From NCBI GenBank assembly GCA_050251055.1, contig JBFWNL010000001.1, positions 75,825-139,824 on the forward strand: DNA of 64,000 nucleotides. The letters are read 5' to 3'. Below are positions 37,988 to 47,953 of this stretch, piece by piece (within the stretch, counting starts at the first letter, position 1; each line of letters begins with the position of its first letter). Both the position numbers and the translations under genes were made by a program. Source of the stretch: Bacteriovoracia bacterium. Lineage in GTDB: Bacteria > Bdellovibrionota > UBA1018 > JBFWNL01. The notes beneath the pieces were generated by a model. The model was given only the letters and a program-made list of their open reading frames with translations, made no database searches and had not been told where the DNA came from.

Positions 37988-40093
37988 ATGGGTTCTCAAG
38001 CCAATCCGGTGATTCAGCTCAACGTAGGCGCTAAGCGGGCCGGCCAAGCCATGCCTGGACTGGATGCCCCTAGCCCGGAATCCGAAGACGCCGCGGTCGA
38101 TGCCTTAGTCGGCGGTAAGCTCAGTCTCACCGCCTTCCAGACTTTAGCCGGTAATCTCGGCGGCTATCCCTACGTGAAGGTCGTCATCGATAAAGAGCGC
38201 GACCTGATTCATTTCATCAATCACGAAAAGTTCGCATTCCACGCCGAATACATCGCGCAAAAAATCCTAGGGATCACGCGCGAGCAGCTCCACGAACAGA
38301 TCGATGATTTCAATCGTAACGTATATCTGATCGACGAGCGTCGCTTTTACCTGGGCATCATCGCCCTCCATGAGCGCCCCGAGAAGCATTTCTTTACGCT
38401 GGAGACGGTCGAGATCGACACCATGAATTTGGCGATGCTCGAGTGGTTCTACAATGGGGTGAAGAAGTACCTCGACACGACCAATCCTTTGCTGGTGAAG
38501 CCCGCCAACCATGCGCAGGAGGTGATGCTCCAAGAGGTCGATCCCAACCGTTTGCCGCGGGTGTTTAACCACGAGCTGCTCGCCTCGGCGAGTTTCGTAG
38601 CGCTCAACGCGGGGGCAGCCCACGGGCGCGTGCGCGCGTTCAGGAGCGAACTCGAATATCGCAAGGCACTCCCTACGATCGAGTGGTTCGACATCATCGT
38701 CATGGAGCGGGTGCCGGACAGCATCCCTCGCGTCTCGGGCATCATCAACGCCCAGCACACGACGCCGCTTTCGCATACGAACGTGCTTGCCAGCGGTTGG
38801 CAGATTCCGAACGCCGTGCAGATCGGGATTTTCGACGAGATCGCCCGGCAAAAGCTGGATGGCGCCTGGGTGCACTACGAGGTGGATCGCAAGCTGGGTC
38901 GTATCCAGCTCGAAAAAGCGGAGCGCCCGGCGGAACTCTCGCAGCGCCCGACCTGGAGCGTGCAGCGGATCAAGCTCGAAGAACCCGAAACGGTCAATAC
39001 CCCCATTCGCCAGCTCTCCGATCTGCGCATGAGCGATCGCTTTCGTTACGGTACCAAGGCCGCGAACCTGGGGGAGCTCAAGCATCTGCTCGAGCACGGC
39101 TCCCAGCGACTGCTCGGGTTTTACAAAGTCCGGCGTCCGCCGCGCGAGAATCTGCTTCCGTTCCTGGCTAAGTACCTGGGCGCGGGTAGCGCTTCGGACC
39201 TGCATCGGCACGCCGGCGAGTTCCTGCGTCGAAGCCTCACGATACCGCGTGGCATCGCCATTCCGTTTTCCGTGCAGCAGCTGTTTCTCGAAACTTCGCC
39301 GGCCATCCAGCAGCAAATTGGCAAGCTCAAGATGGCGCTTGAGCTCAATGCGCGCGAGATCGATCCGATCTGCCTCAACCTTCAGCAGACGATCCGGGCG
39401 ACGCGCATGCCGGATCGCATTCGTGACCTTATCGACAACGAAATCGCCAATCACCTCAGCGGCGTTTCGAGCTTCGTGGTGCGCAGCTCGTCCAATGCGG
39501 AGGATTTGCAGGGCTTTTCCGCCGCCGGCATCTACGAGTCGATCAATCACGTCACGACCGCGCAGAACATCTTCGAGAGCATCAAGGAGGTTTGGGCATC
39601 CCTCGTTTCGCCCCGGAGCGTGCGCCTGCGCAACGACGTGGGCATCTCGCTCGACGATTGCTACATGGGCGTGATCGTGCAAGAGGAAGTCCAGGCTCCG
39701 CGCGGCGAGAGTATGATGGGCGGCGTGATGGTCACGACCAATCCCACCGCGCATGGTTCTGATTTTCGTAACGTCTATATCAACGCATCGCTGAGCTCCG
39801 CCGTGGGCAAGAGCGCGCAGGGAGGGGTAAATAAAGTCGTGGCCGGCGCCGAGCTCCCTTATCAGTACCTCCTCAACGCCGTCGAAGGCGGCGCGCGCAC
39901 TCTTTCGATCGGGGGGGCTACCCGGGATCTGCCGGAAGGGAAGTTCCGCGTCTTGCAGAAGCTCGCCTTCGCCGGTCGCCTGCTGCAGTCGCATTTTTCT
40001 CCGGACTACACTTTCAATGCTCCCATCGATGTCGAGTGGGCCGCGACTGACGAGGAGATCTTCATCCTGCAGCTGCGCCCGTTTAATTGCTGA
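37988..40093 (+). CDS. PEP/pyruvate-binding (PPDK_N ATP-grasp) dikinase-like protein
   Basis: YGTKAANLGEL, VVRSSSNAEDLQGFSAAGIYES, DVEWA, ILQLRP; an upstream phospho-His-like TPLSHTNVLA. Confidence 0.85.
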   Translation: MGSQANPVIQLNVGAKRAGQAMPGLDAPSPESEDAAVDALVGGKLSLTAFQTLAGNLGGYPYVKVVIDKERDLIHFINHEKFAFHAEYIAQKILGITREQLHEQIDDFNRNVYLIDERRFYLGIIALHERPEKHFFTLETVEIDTMNLAMLEWFYNGVKKYLDTTNPLLVKPANHAQEVMLQEVDPNRLPRVFNHELLASASFVALNAGAAHGRVRAFRSELEYRKALPTIEWFDIIVMERVPDSIPRVSGIINAQHTTPLSHTNVLASGWQIPNAVQIGIFDEIARQKLDGAWVHYEVDRKLGRIQLEKAERPAELSQRPTWSVQRIKLEEPETVNTPIRQLSDLRMSDRFRYGTKAANLGELKHLLEHGSQRLLGFYKVRRPPRENLLPFLAKYLGAGSASDLHRHAGEFLRRSLTIPRGIAIPFSVQQLFLETSPAIQQQIGKLKMALELNAREIDPICLNLQQTIRATRMPDRIRDLIDNEIANHLSGVSSFVVRSSSNAEDLQGFSAAGIYESINHVTTAQNIFESIKEVWASLVSPRSVRLRNDVGISLDDCYMGVIVQEEVQAPRGESMMGGVMVTTNPTAHGSDFRNVYINASLSSAVGKSAQGGVNKVVAGAELPYQYLLNAVEGGARTLSIGGATRDLPEGKFRVLQKLAFAGRLLQSHFSPDYTFNAPIDVEWAATDEEIFILQLRPFNC

Positions 40094-41346
40094 TGTCGCC
40101 GCGATCGATTATCCGCGGATACTACGCCTTCCAGCTTTTCTTCTCGCTCCTGATCTGGATCCCGGTCTTTTACGAGTTCCAGGTTCGGCTCGGCATGCCG
40201 GCCGAGGAGATCTTCGGCATCCAAAGCATTTACTACGTGGTGTTTTGTTTCCTGGAATTCCCGACGGGATACTTCGCGGATCGTTACGGATATAAGCGCA
40301 GTCTACAGGTCGCGTCCCTCATGCTCGTACTGGGGAATCTCATGCCTTACGGCTGCGTTTACGGTTGGATCAGCCCGTACGCGGGCATGCTCGCGTCTTA
40401 TCTGGGTATCGCGCTCGCGCGCTCTTTCAGTTCGGGCGCCACGGCGGCGTACTTGTACGAATATCTGAAAGGTCAGGGGCGGGCGGCGGAATTCAAGCGC
40501 GTTGAGGGAAACGCGCGGGCGTATTCGCTGGTCGGGCGTACGCTGGTGATTCCGTTTGCCGGCCTGATGATGAACTGGCATCTACCGCTTCCGTACGGGA
40601 TCACCGCCGTGAACGCCGTGGTGGCGGGATTGGCCGCGAGCTGGCTACCGGCGTTGCCGGTGGCCGCGCCCATCGCGGGAGCCGGGCCAACGGCGGCGCG
40701 GTTTTCGCGCGTCACCGCCGCGTGGCTCACGCTTTGGCGAACGCCTCGGTTGGGCTTGATCATGCTGCAAGGGATCGCGCTTTTCCTGTTGCCGCGTCTG
40801 GTGCAGCTCTATCTTTTTCAGCCTCTCCTGCAAGTGAAGGGGCTGAAGGTGGAAGTCTTTGGCGCGATCATGTCCGGGATGATGCTGGCGGAAGCGGTGG
40901 GGTCTGCCCAGTTGCTCCGACGCCGTCAGGAAGGGCCGACGCCAGTACTTCAATCCGCGCGTGCCACGGGGACCATTCTAATTTATACGACGGTGATTTG
41001 CTTTAGCCTCGTGGCGGCCGCTTACTTCGAAGGCTGGAGATGCCTGGCGAGTTTGGGCGTGTTTTCCTTTACGGTGGGTCGGGCCTTTCCCATTCAAGCG
41101 CAGCTGTTAAATGATGCTATTCCTGACTCGGGACTGCGCGCGAGCTTGCTCTCGGTGAACGCGATTTTCGAGCGTGGCGGCGCGAGCATCGTCGCTTATT
41201 TGGCCGGGCAGTATGTGGCCGCGCAGGCGACTTTGGGTTTTTTGGCCGTGGCTTCGCTCCTCACCTGGGCCCTGGTGCTGGTCATTGGCGGCACGAAGTG
41301 GCGTATATATGATCGGCCCTTGACGGGCGGCCCCAGCATGGCCTAG
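40093..41346 (+). CDS. MFS transporter
   Basis: LEFPTGYFADRYGYKRSL (motif A), SFSSGATAAYLYE; about 12 TM; TGATG overlap with the upstream gene. Confidence 0.88.
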   Translation: MSPRSIIRGYYAFQLFFSLLIWIPVFYEFQVRLGMPAEEIFGIQSIYYVVFCFLEFPTGYFADRYGYKRSLQVASLMLVLGNLMPYGCVYGWISPYAGMLASYLGIALARSFSSGATAAYLYEYLKGQGRAAEFKRVEGNARAYSLVGRTLVIPFAGLMMNWHLPLPYGITAVNAVVAGLAASWLPALPVAAPIAGAGPTAARFSRVTAAWLTLWRTPRLGLIMLQGIALFLLPRLVQLYLFQPLLQVKGLKVEVFGAIMSGMMLAEAVGSAQLLRRRQEGPTPVLQSARATGTILIYTTVICFSLVAAAYFEGWRCLASLGVFSFTVGRAFPIQAQLLNDAIPDSGLRASLLSVNAIFERGGASIVAYLAGQYVAAQATLGFLAVASLLTWALVLVIGGTKWRIYDRPLTGGPSMA

Positions 41347-41355
41347 AAGTCCGGT

Positions 41356-42366
41356 ATGGCACAAAAACCCGTTACGGACTTCATTTCCAAGCATTATCGT
41401 CACTTCAATGCCGCGACGCTCAAAGACGCGTCGGATGCGTACAATAAGCACCTCGCCGGCGGCGGCAAGATGATGGTCACCCTGGCCGGCGCGATGAGCA
41501 CGGCGGAGCTAGGGATCTCGCTCGCGGAGATGATCCGCCAAGATAAGATTCACGCCATTTCCTGCACGGGCGCCAATTTGGAAGAAGACCTCTTCAATCT
41601 GGTTGCTCACGATCACTACGTGCGTATTCCTAATTACCGCGATCTCACCGCGAAGGACGAGGAAGACCTGCTCAGTCGTCATCTTAACCGCGTGACGGAT
41701 ACCTGCATTCCGGAAGAAGAGGCCATGCGTCGGTTGGAGAAACTCCTGAACGATGAGTGGGCGAGTGCTGACCAGAAGAAGGAGCGCTACTTCCCGCACG
41801 AGTTCCTGTATCGCATCATCCGCAGTGGGAAGTTGAAGCAGTTTTATCAAATCAATCCCGAGCACAGCTGGATGATCGCCGCGTGCGAAAAAAACCTGCC
41901 GATTTTTGTTCCGGGCTGGGAAGATTCCACCTCCGCCAATATGTACGCCGCCTTCTGCATGCGCGAGAAGGTGAAGAACGTGCACACGGTCCGAAGCGGG
42001 ATCGAGTACATGATTGCGCTCGCCGACTGGTACCAGAAGAACGCGTACTACCCAGGCCAGCAGACGTCGGCGGCCGATCTTAAGGACGGCGCCATTGGGT
42101 TTTATCAAATCGGCGGCGGCATCGCCGGCGACTTCCCGATCTGCGTCGTGCCGATGCTTCATCAAGACATGCAGAAGCCCGTGCCGATCTGGGGCTACTT
42201 CTGCCAGATCTCGGATTCGACGACGAGCTATGGATCTTACTCGGGAGCGGTGCCGAACGAGAAAATCACCTGGGGTAAGCTGAGCGCGCAAACGCCGAAG
42301 TACATCATCGAGTCGGATGCGAGTATCGTCGCGCCGCTCATGTTTGCCTACATCCTGGGCTGGTAG
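41356..42366 (+). CDS. Deoxyhypusine synthase-family protein (possible homospermidine synthase)
   Basis: LAGAMSTAE, CTGANLEED, IGGGIAGDF, GSYSGAVPNEKITWGK (catalytic Lys), ESDASIVAP. Confidence 0.92.
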   Translation: MAQKPVTDFISKHYRHFNAATLKDASDAYNKHLAGGGKMMVTLAGAMSTAELGISLAEMIRQDKIHAISCTGANLEEDLFNLVAHDHYVRIPNYRDLTAKDEEDLLSRHLNRVTDTCIPEEEAMRRLEKLLNDEWASADQKKERYFPHEFLYRIIRSGKLKQFYQINPEHSWMIAACEKNLPIFVPGWEDSTSANMYAAFCMREKVKNVHTVRSGIEYMIALADWYQKNAYYPGQQTSAADLKDGAIGFYQIGGGIAGDFPICVVPMLHQDMQKPVPIWGYFCQISDSTTSYGSYSGAVPNEKITWGKLSAQTPKYIIESDASIVAPLMFAYILGW

Positions 42367-43602
42367 TCAAAGAAGGAACTTCAGTCTCGTCCAGAAGTCC
42401 AAGGCCAGCGACGTATTGAGCCAGCGTCCGCTATTTCGCTCGCCCTCAAGCAAATTCGCGCTCATGAGACTTCCTCCCAGTGCGAAAGCCGTACTCCCAC
42501 CCGCTTGGAACTCGTGCGAAAACTTCGCGCCGAAGCCGCCCCGGGTGTTGAAGTATCCTTGGGTTCCGAAACCGCCCCGGCGATTCCCCACGGTGGAGCC
42601 GCGCCCCTGGTAACCGAACGACGCTTCGACGACGGTTCTCCCGCGGAAAATCGTTTCGACACTGAAGGGTAGTGTGTAGTCCGAGAAGTCAAGCGCCGCA
42701 CGGGCGCGGTAAGACAAACCGTCGCGGTTCTGGAAGAACGAGAAGTTCGGCAGGCGAAAGGCGCCGATGGACGGGGCGGAAACATTGGGATCGCCAGTGC
42801 CGACGTAACGGCCGACGGACAAAAAGTACGACCAGGCGGTCGCGCTCAAACCCATGGCTACCATCGAACCCGTCCGTAGGTCGCTCGTGGACACGGCAAT
42901 ACCCTGTGCGGCATACGCCGACCGGATGACGGAGACGTCGCCTTCGACGCCTTGGTCGGTAGTATTCGCGTAATTGTAAGGATCGAATTTCGCCCGGTAG
43001 TAGGCCATGATTTGATTGATATGCCCGCCGTTACTGGCGACTTCGTCCTCGAGGGCCTCGGCGAACATCATCGAGTTGTTCATGCCGCCTTGGGACAAAG
43101 CCAAAGTCCAGTTCGAGGGCGTGGCTCCACCCCCGCCTCCCGAGGAGGTCGTAGCGCCGTTCCCGTACTGTCCGAGCCCGACCGCGAAGAAGGAGAAGAT
43201 CGACGTATGATTGCCGCCGTTGTTCCACGCGTAAATGGGCGTGGTCCCCGACGCGGCGACGCGGGTGCCGTGCCCGAGCTCGTGATTGGCGACGAAGAAG
43301 GAATACTGTGGATACATCCAGCCCAGGGGCATCGCGAAGGCCCAAAGAAGGCGCGTGGGAAACGACTTGCCAACGAAGGTTTCTTCGCCGACGGCGTCGA
43401 AAAGGGTCATGCCGAAGTATTCCCATTCGATGCCGAACTCCCACATCGAGCGGTTCGAAACCAAGAACGGAACATAGCCCGAGTCTAGCGAGAAGGATTT
43501 GGTTCCCTTGAATTTCTCCGCGTGGGCCGGAAGAATTGGTCCGACGACTAGTGAGCCGAGCACAAAGAGGAAACAGATCAGTATTTTTGGGATTCGAGCC
43601 AT
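42367..43602 (-). CDS. Hypothetical exported protein with HExxH motif and probable C-terminal beta-barrel
   Basis: Signal peptide AHA|E; ANHELGHG; beta-strand-rich C-terminal part. Confidence 0.6.
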   Translation of the reverse strand: MARIPKILICFLFVLGSLVVGPILPAHAEKFKGTKSFSLDSGYVPFLVSNRSMWEFGIEWEYFGMTLFDAVGEETFVGKSFPTRLLWAFAMPLGWMYPQYSFFVANHELGHGTRVAASGTTPIYAWNNGGNHTSIFSFFAVGLGQYGNGATTSSGGGGGATPSNWTLALSQGGMNNSMMFAEALEDEVASNGGHINQIMAYYRAKFDPYNYANTTDQGVEGDVSVIRSAYAAQGIAVSTSDLRTGSMVAMGLSATAWSYFLSVGRYVGTGDPNVSAPSIGAFRLPNFSFFQNRDGLSYRARAALDFSDYTLPFSVETIFRGRTVVEASFGYQGRGSTVGNRRGGFGTQGYFNTRGGFGAKFSHEFQAGGSTAFALGGSLMSANLLEGERNSGRWLNTSLALDFWTRLKFLL

Positions 43603-45023
43603 ATTTGTTTCAGTTCTTGGGTTTTAGGGTGTTGAGGGTCTACGTCATTTGCGTATTGATACGCACTGTGGACTACGGGTTTGGAAGCGGCGGCCCACTC
43701 ATCGAGCATGAGCAGCATGTTGGGTGACACCAGGCCCGTGCTGTGTACGCGCAGTTCCGAGGCGTGCTTGGCGAGCATGAGGGCGGTGCCGGCTAGGTGG
43801 TAGTAGCCGAGCAGATTGCGGGGATCGACGCTGATCTTGGCGATGAGCAGGGCTTGAATTTGAGCGAGCTTCGTCGCGAGTTCCACCGAGTCGCGCACGG
43901 CCGCGGCCTGGCGCAGATCGATCGTCGTAAGCAGGCTGTCCACGAGCGCACGCCCCGCCTGGAGGTCTTCCGATAACTTAATGGAGCCCACGATTTCCCG
44001 AAGCAGGCTCACGGCCGCTTCTCCCTCCGCGCCCGCCGGACGATCCAGGATCAAAGCCTGGTGCTTGCCATAGGGATTCACGAGTACGATACGTTCTTGG
44101 GCCCGTTTGGCATTCGTGCCCGTCAGCCAAAATCCGCGCGCCCAAAATTCCCGGGGTAGGATGGGGTTGGCCACCTCGAACCATTTCAGGCTCCAGGCCT
44201 GTGGGCGCACGGCCCGTAGCGCCTTCACATGGCGGATCAACACGGCTTCGCGGATGCGCAGGCAACGGAACGAAGAGTTCCAGGCCTGGGTCAGGCACCC
44301 GCGGGTGATTTCGGGGTCGTACTCGGCAAGTTCCAGGGTGGGGGTTTTGGGCCCTTCGATCGTGAGCTGAATGTCAGGCAACCGCCAACGCGCGACGACC
44401 GAGGCGATAAACTGCTTGGGGGGGGCCTTCGCGTAGGGAATCGTATGCAAGACGGGCCTGCCCTCGTACATCCGGGGCCAGGCGCCGGACGCGTAAAAGA
44501 AGGGCAGGGTCAGCCAGTCGGAAGCGTTCACCCCGGGCTGCGAAGGGGTGAAGACGGGAAGCGTGAGGGTTTCCGCTTGGAGCAAAAGAGGGTGTCGCCA
44601 AAGCGTATCCCGAATCGTCCAGATTGAGCCCGCGAGCGCGATGAGCGTAAAGAAGAGCGCCGTCGACAGGGCAGAAACACTCATCTTTTCGATTTGATAG
44701 AGCCTGGCTTGAAAGAAGGACTTGAGCGTGCCGCTGGACCAAGTAAACGGGCTGTGGTCGGGACTCAAGAGTTTGCTTTGCCAGATCAGCTGGCCGACGG
44801 TGCCACCCAGGAACGCCTGCTGGGCGATCCACGTCAGGGCGATCACCACGGCGAAGGCGGCGAGCACACCCGCATGCGGAATCGGCGAGAGATTGAATAC
44901 GCGCACGCCGAGATAAAAGAGCGCGGTCCACCAGCTCAGATCCACGAAGAACGCGGCCAAGCGGGTGAGGAGCGTGGCTTTTGATTTGTAGGCCGAATGG
45001 CCGCGCAATTCGGGTCCGGTCAC
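43578..45023 (-). CDS. RDD-family membrane protein with a large soluble C-terminal region
   Basis: TRLAAFFVD and GGTVGQLI RDD-like motifs; three TM segments; start uncertain. Confidence 0.6.
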   Translation of the reverse strand: MTGPELRGHSAYKSKATLLTRLAAFFVDLSWWTALFYLGVRVFNLSPIPHAGVLAAFAVVIALTWIAQQAFLGGTVGQLIWQSKLLSPDHSPFTWSSGTLKSFFQARLYQIEKMSVSALSTALFFTLIALAGSIWTIRDTLWRHPLLLQAETLTLPVFTPSQPGVNASDWLTLPFFYASGAWPRMYEGRPVLHTIPYAKAPPKQFIASVVARWRLPDIQLTIEGPKTPTLELAEYDPEITRGCLTQAWNSSFRCLRIREAVLIRHVKALRAVRPQAWSLKWFEVANPILPREFWARGFWLTGTNAKRAQERIVLVNPYGKHQALILDRPAGAEGEAAVSLLREIVGSIKLSEDLQAGRALVDSLLTTIDLRQAAAVRDSVELATKLAQIQALLIAKISVDPRNLLGYYHLAGTALMLAKHASELRVHSTGLVSPNMLLMLDEWAAASKPVVHSAYQYANDVDPQHPKTQELKQIWLESQKY

Positions 45024-45065
45024 CGATTTGACTCCTATCCTATTGAGGTTACACTAAAAGTGACG

Positions 45066-45293
45066 ATGATCAAGCTGACCCGGCTCAACGGTAAGTCCTT
45101 CATCTTGAATTGCGAGTGGATCAAAACGGTCGAGGCGACGCCCGACACGCTCATTACGTTAACCAACGGTGAAAAATTCATGGTGCGCGAACCTCTGGCC
45201 GACGTGATCGACGCTGCCGTTACGTTCCGCCGTCGATTGTTCCTTGACGAAGGCCACGTGCGCGGGCCCAACCCAGAAGGGGGCTCGCCTTAA
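45066..45293 (+). CDS. flbD: Flagellar FlbD-family protein
   Basis: MIKLTRLNG...LNCEWIKTVEATPDTLITLTNGEKFMVRE; directly upstream of motA. Confidence 0.9.
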   Translation: MIKLTRLNGKSFILNCEWIKTVEATPDTLITLTNGEKFMVREPLADVIDAAVTFRRRLFLDEGHVRGPNPEGGSP

Positions 45294-45295
45294 AT

Positions 45296-46066
45296 ATGGA
45301 TATCGCTTCGCTAGTAGGGTCACTCGTCGGGGTGCTCGCCGTCGTCGGCGGACAAGTTTTGGAAGGCGGCCACGTCAGCCAAATCCTGCAGGGCACGGCG
45401 GCCCTGATCGTATGCGGGGGCACCTTGGGCGCGGCGCTCGTTTCCTATCCGATGCAAGATATCAAGCGCGCCATCTCGCTTATCCCGCTCGTTTACCAGA
45501 ATGTGAACATGGACGTGCGCCCCGTGATCGACGAGATCGTGAAGATCGCGAGCATCGCGCGCAAGGAAGGCGTGCTCGCCGTCGAAGGCCAGCGCGAATC
45601 CATCCAAAACGAGCTCTTCAAGAAATCCATCAAGTACGTCATCGATGGATTCGAGCCTGCCACCGTGAAGGAAATCATCGATACGGAAATTTACCTTGCC
45701 CTGGAAGAAGAAGAGTCCGCCGCCAAGGTTTTTGAGGGCGCGGGGGGTTACGCGCCCACGATCGGCATCATCGGCGCGGTGTTGGGGCTCATTCACGTCA
45801 TGTCCATGCTCGACGATCCCTCAAAGATCGGCGAGGGCATCGCCGTCGCATTCGTCGCCACGGTCTACGGCGTCGGCCTCTCGAACCTGATTTTGATCCC
45901 CTGGGGCACGAAGCTCAAGCGTAAGGCCGCGCAGCGCGCGCAGACGAAGGAAGTCGTGAAGATCGGCGTGATCGGCATCCAGGAAGGTTTGAACCCGCAT
46001 TTCCTGCAGGAAAAACTCGAAGTTTACGTGGAAGAGCATCTGCGCCGCGTGGAAGGCAAGGCGTAG
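45296..46066 (+). CDS. motA: Flagellar motor stator protein MotA
   Basis: ARKEGVLA; GGYAPTIGIIGAVLGLI; AFVATVYG. Confidence 0.93.
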   Translation: MDIASLVGSLVGVLAVVGGQVLEGGHVSQILQGTAALIVCGGTLGAALVSYPMQDIKRAISLIPLVYQNVNMDVRPVIDEIVKIASIARKEGVLAVEGQRESIQNELFKKSIKYVIDGFEPATVKEIIDTEIYLALEEEESAAKVFEGAGGYAPTIGIIGAVLGLIHVMSMLDDPSKIGEGIAVAFVATVYGVGLSNLILIPWGTKLKRKAAQRAQTKEVVKIGVIGIQEGLNPHFLQEKLEVYVEEHLRRVEGKA

Positions 46067-46075
46067 GTTCCGACG

Positions 46076-46873
46076 ATGCCGCCCGGCCGTAAAAAACACG
46101 CCGAGCACGCCAACCACGAACGCTGGCTCGTGTCTTACGCCGATTTCATCACGCTGCTCTTCGCGTTCTTCGTGATCATGTACGCGATTTCCCAAGCCGA
46201 CCTAGCCAAGTTCAAAACCGTATCCGAAAGCATCCGTAAGGCCTTTGGCGCCTCGGGACCAGTGGGAATGATCGACCTGCACGGGCAAGGGGGCGGCACG
46301 ACGGTCAATCCGCTTGACGAAGCTGCGCAACCCGCCGGCCGCGTGTTGGATTTGCCGGCCGGCAAGGTGCACACCGCGGCTGACCCCGATCCCGAGCTGC
46401 AGAACTTGAAAGAGCTGATGGAGGAGGCGATCAGCATCGATGTGGCCGCTTCCTCGTTGAACGATAGCCAAATGATTTTTGAAGGCAAGAATCTGATCGT
46501 GAAGCTCGCGGTAAAGGATTTCTTCGGTGCGGGCAAAGTCGGCGTGGAACAGGACCTGTTGCCCTTGCTCGATCGCATCGGGCGCATCCTCGCCAACTCG
46601 GATCGCGTGCTCCGAATCGAGGGGCATTCCGACGAAAGCGAGGAGAAGACGCCGGGCTTCGCCGGTGGCTGGGAGCTTTCCGCCGCGCGCGCCGCGTGGG
46701 TCGCTAAGTACTGGATGGGGCGCTTTCATATCGACCCGCTGCGCTTGGGCGTGGTGGGGTACTCGCATTTTCGCCCGCTGCGTAAAGGCGGTACGGAGTG
46801 GGATCGCGCGGCGAACCGCCGCATCGAAATCGTCATTTTGAGCGACAAAGTAGTCGCCAAGGGCTCCCACTAG
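46076..46873 (+). CDS. motB: Flagellar motor stator protein MotB
   Basis: RWLVSYADFITLLFAFF (conserved Asp); OmpA-like EGHSD, WELSAARA, NRRIEI. Confidence 0.93.
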   Translation: MPPGRKKHAEHANHERWLVSYADFITLLFAFFVIMYAISQADLAKFKTVSESIRKAFGASGPVGMIDLHGQGGGTTVNPLDEAAQPAGRVLDLPAGKVHTAADPDPELQNLKELMEEAISIDVAASSLNDSQMIFEGKNLIVKLAVKDFFGAGKVGVEQDLLPLLDRIGRILANSDRVLRIEGHSDESEEKTPGFAGGWELSAARAAWVAKYWMGRFHIDPLRLGVVGYSHFRPLRKGGTEWDRAANRRIEIVILSDKVVAKGSH

Positions 46874-46957
46874 GCCCGCCCTAACCAAAACGTCAAAATA
46901 TAATCTGCGAAATTTCTGCCGGACCCCCGTAGAATTTAAGAAAGAAAGGTGGCAAGG

Positions 46958-47851
46958 ATGCCCCGAAAATACTTCGTCGCCCTGCTATTGGGCGCGCTCT
47001 TAGCGGTTCCTGGCGCAGATGCCGCGCAGCTTTCGATTCTGACCTACAATGTCTTCGGTTTGCCGGCGCCCGTCGGCGGTAAGGCAGCTAAGGCGAAGTG
47101 GCGCTTCGCCGAGATCGCCGCGCGCTTGGGGGATTACGACGTCGTCGCTTTGCAGGAGGCGTGGGACAAGCCGACGGCCGATCTCATCAAGAAATCCGAC
47201 TTGCCCCATCATGCCACCGGTCCCAAGCCCCAGCAGCTCTTCGGCGGCAACGGCCTCATCACGCTATCCAGGTATCCGATCGTGAAAAAGGGATTCCGCG
47301 AGTTCCGCGACTGCACGGGGTTTGACTGTTTCGCCAAGAAAGGCGTGCTCTGGACGCGGTTGAATTTGGGGGCCGGTCGCGCGCTCGACGTTTACAACAC
47401 GCACTTGAATGCCTGGGATAAGGGTATCGGCGGCGACGAAGGCATGCGCGTGCGCATGAGCCAGATTATGGAGCTCGGGATGTTCATTTGGCAGAATAGC
47501 TCCGGCGTCCCGTTTGTCCTGATGGGAGACATGAACGCGGAGGCGGACTCGCCCGAGTACGAACGCATTCGGGCGCTTACCCACGGCGTGGATGTGTATC
47601 GGGTCGCCAACGGCGCGAGCGGCGACCCCGAGATCGCCCATGGCCCCACCTACGTCGCGGGCGAGAACTCCTGGATTCCAGACTTCATGAAGGCTTTCGT
47701 CAAGCCTCAGCGCATCGACTACATTTGGGTCAGCGGCGCGCGTGACCTTAAAGTGCGTGAGGCGCGACGGAACTACATGCTCGTGGATCACGACGGCGAG
47801 CGGGTGAATCTCTCCGATCACTTCGGCGTCGAAACCGAGATCGATATCTAA
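46958..47851 (+). CDS. Secreted EEP-family phosphodiesterase (sphingomyelinase C-like)
   Basis: LTYNVFGL, LQEAW, NTHL, GDMN, RIDYI, SDHFGV; signal peptide. Confidence 0.8.
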   Translation: MPRKYFVALLLGALLAVPGADAAQLSILTYNVFGLPAPVGGKAAKAKWRFAEIAARLGDYDVVALQEAWDKPTADLIKKSDLPHHATGPKPQQLFGGNGLITLSRYPIVKKGFREFRDCTGFDCFAKKGVLWTRLNLGAGRALDVYNTHLNAWDKGIGGDEGMRVRMSQIMELGMFIWQNSSGVPFVLMGDMNAEADSPEYERIRALTHGVDVYRVANGASGDPEIAHGPTYVAGENSWIPDFMKAFVKPQRIDYIWVSGARDLKVREARRNYMLVDHDGERVNLSDHFGVETEIDI

Positions 47852-47953
47852 ATAATAATAGCAATATCAAATAGTTAACATAATGCGGGGCGTGTGCTAT
47901 GTGCGCTGCGTTGGTTGACTAACGAGGGAGGCCTCAGTAAGGTCCCTCGCGAG

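Noticed and set aside
45066-46873. Stand-alone flbD-motAB as a novel motor or Zorya-like defence system
   Set aside because: The sequences are canonical flagellar stator proteins with flbD, with no long ZorA tail or zorC/D/E genes; extra stator sets are common.
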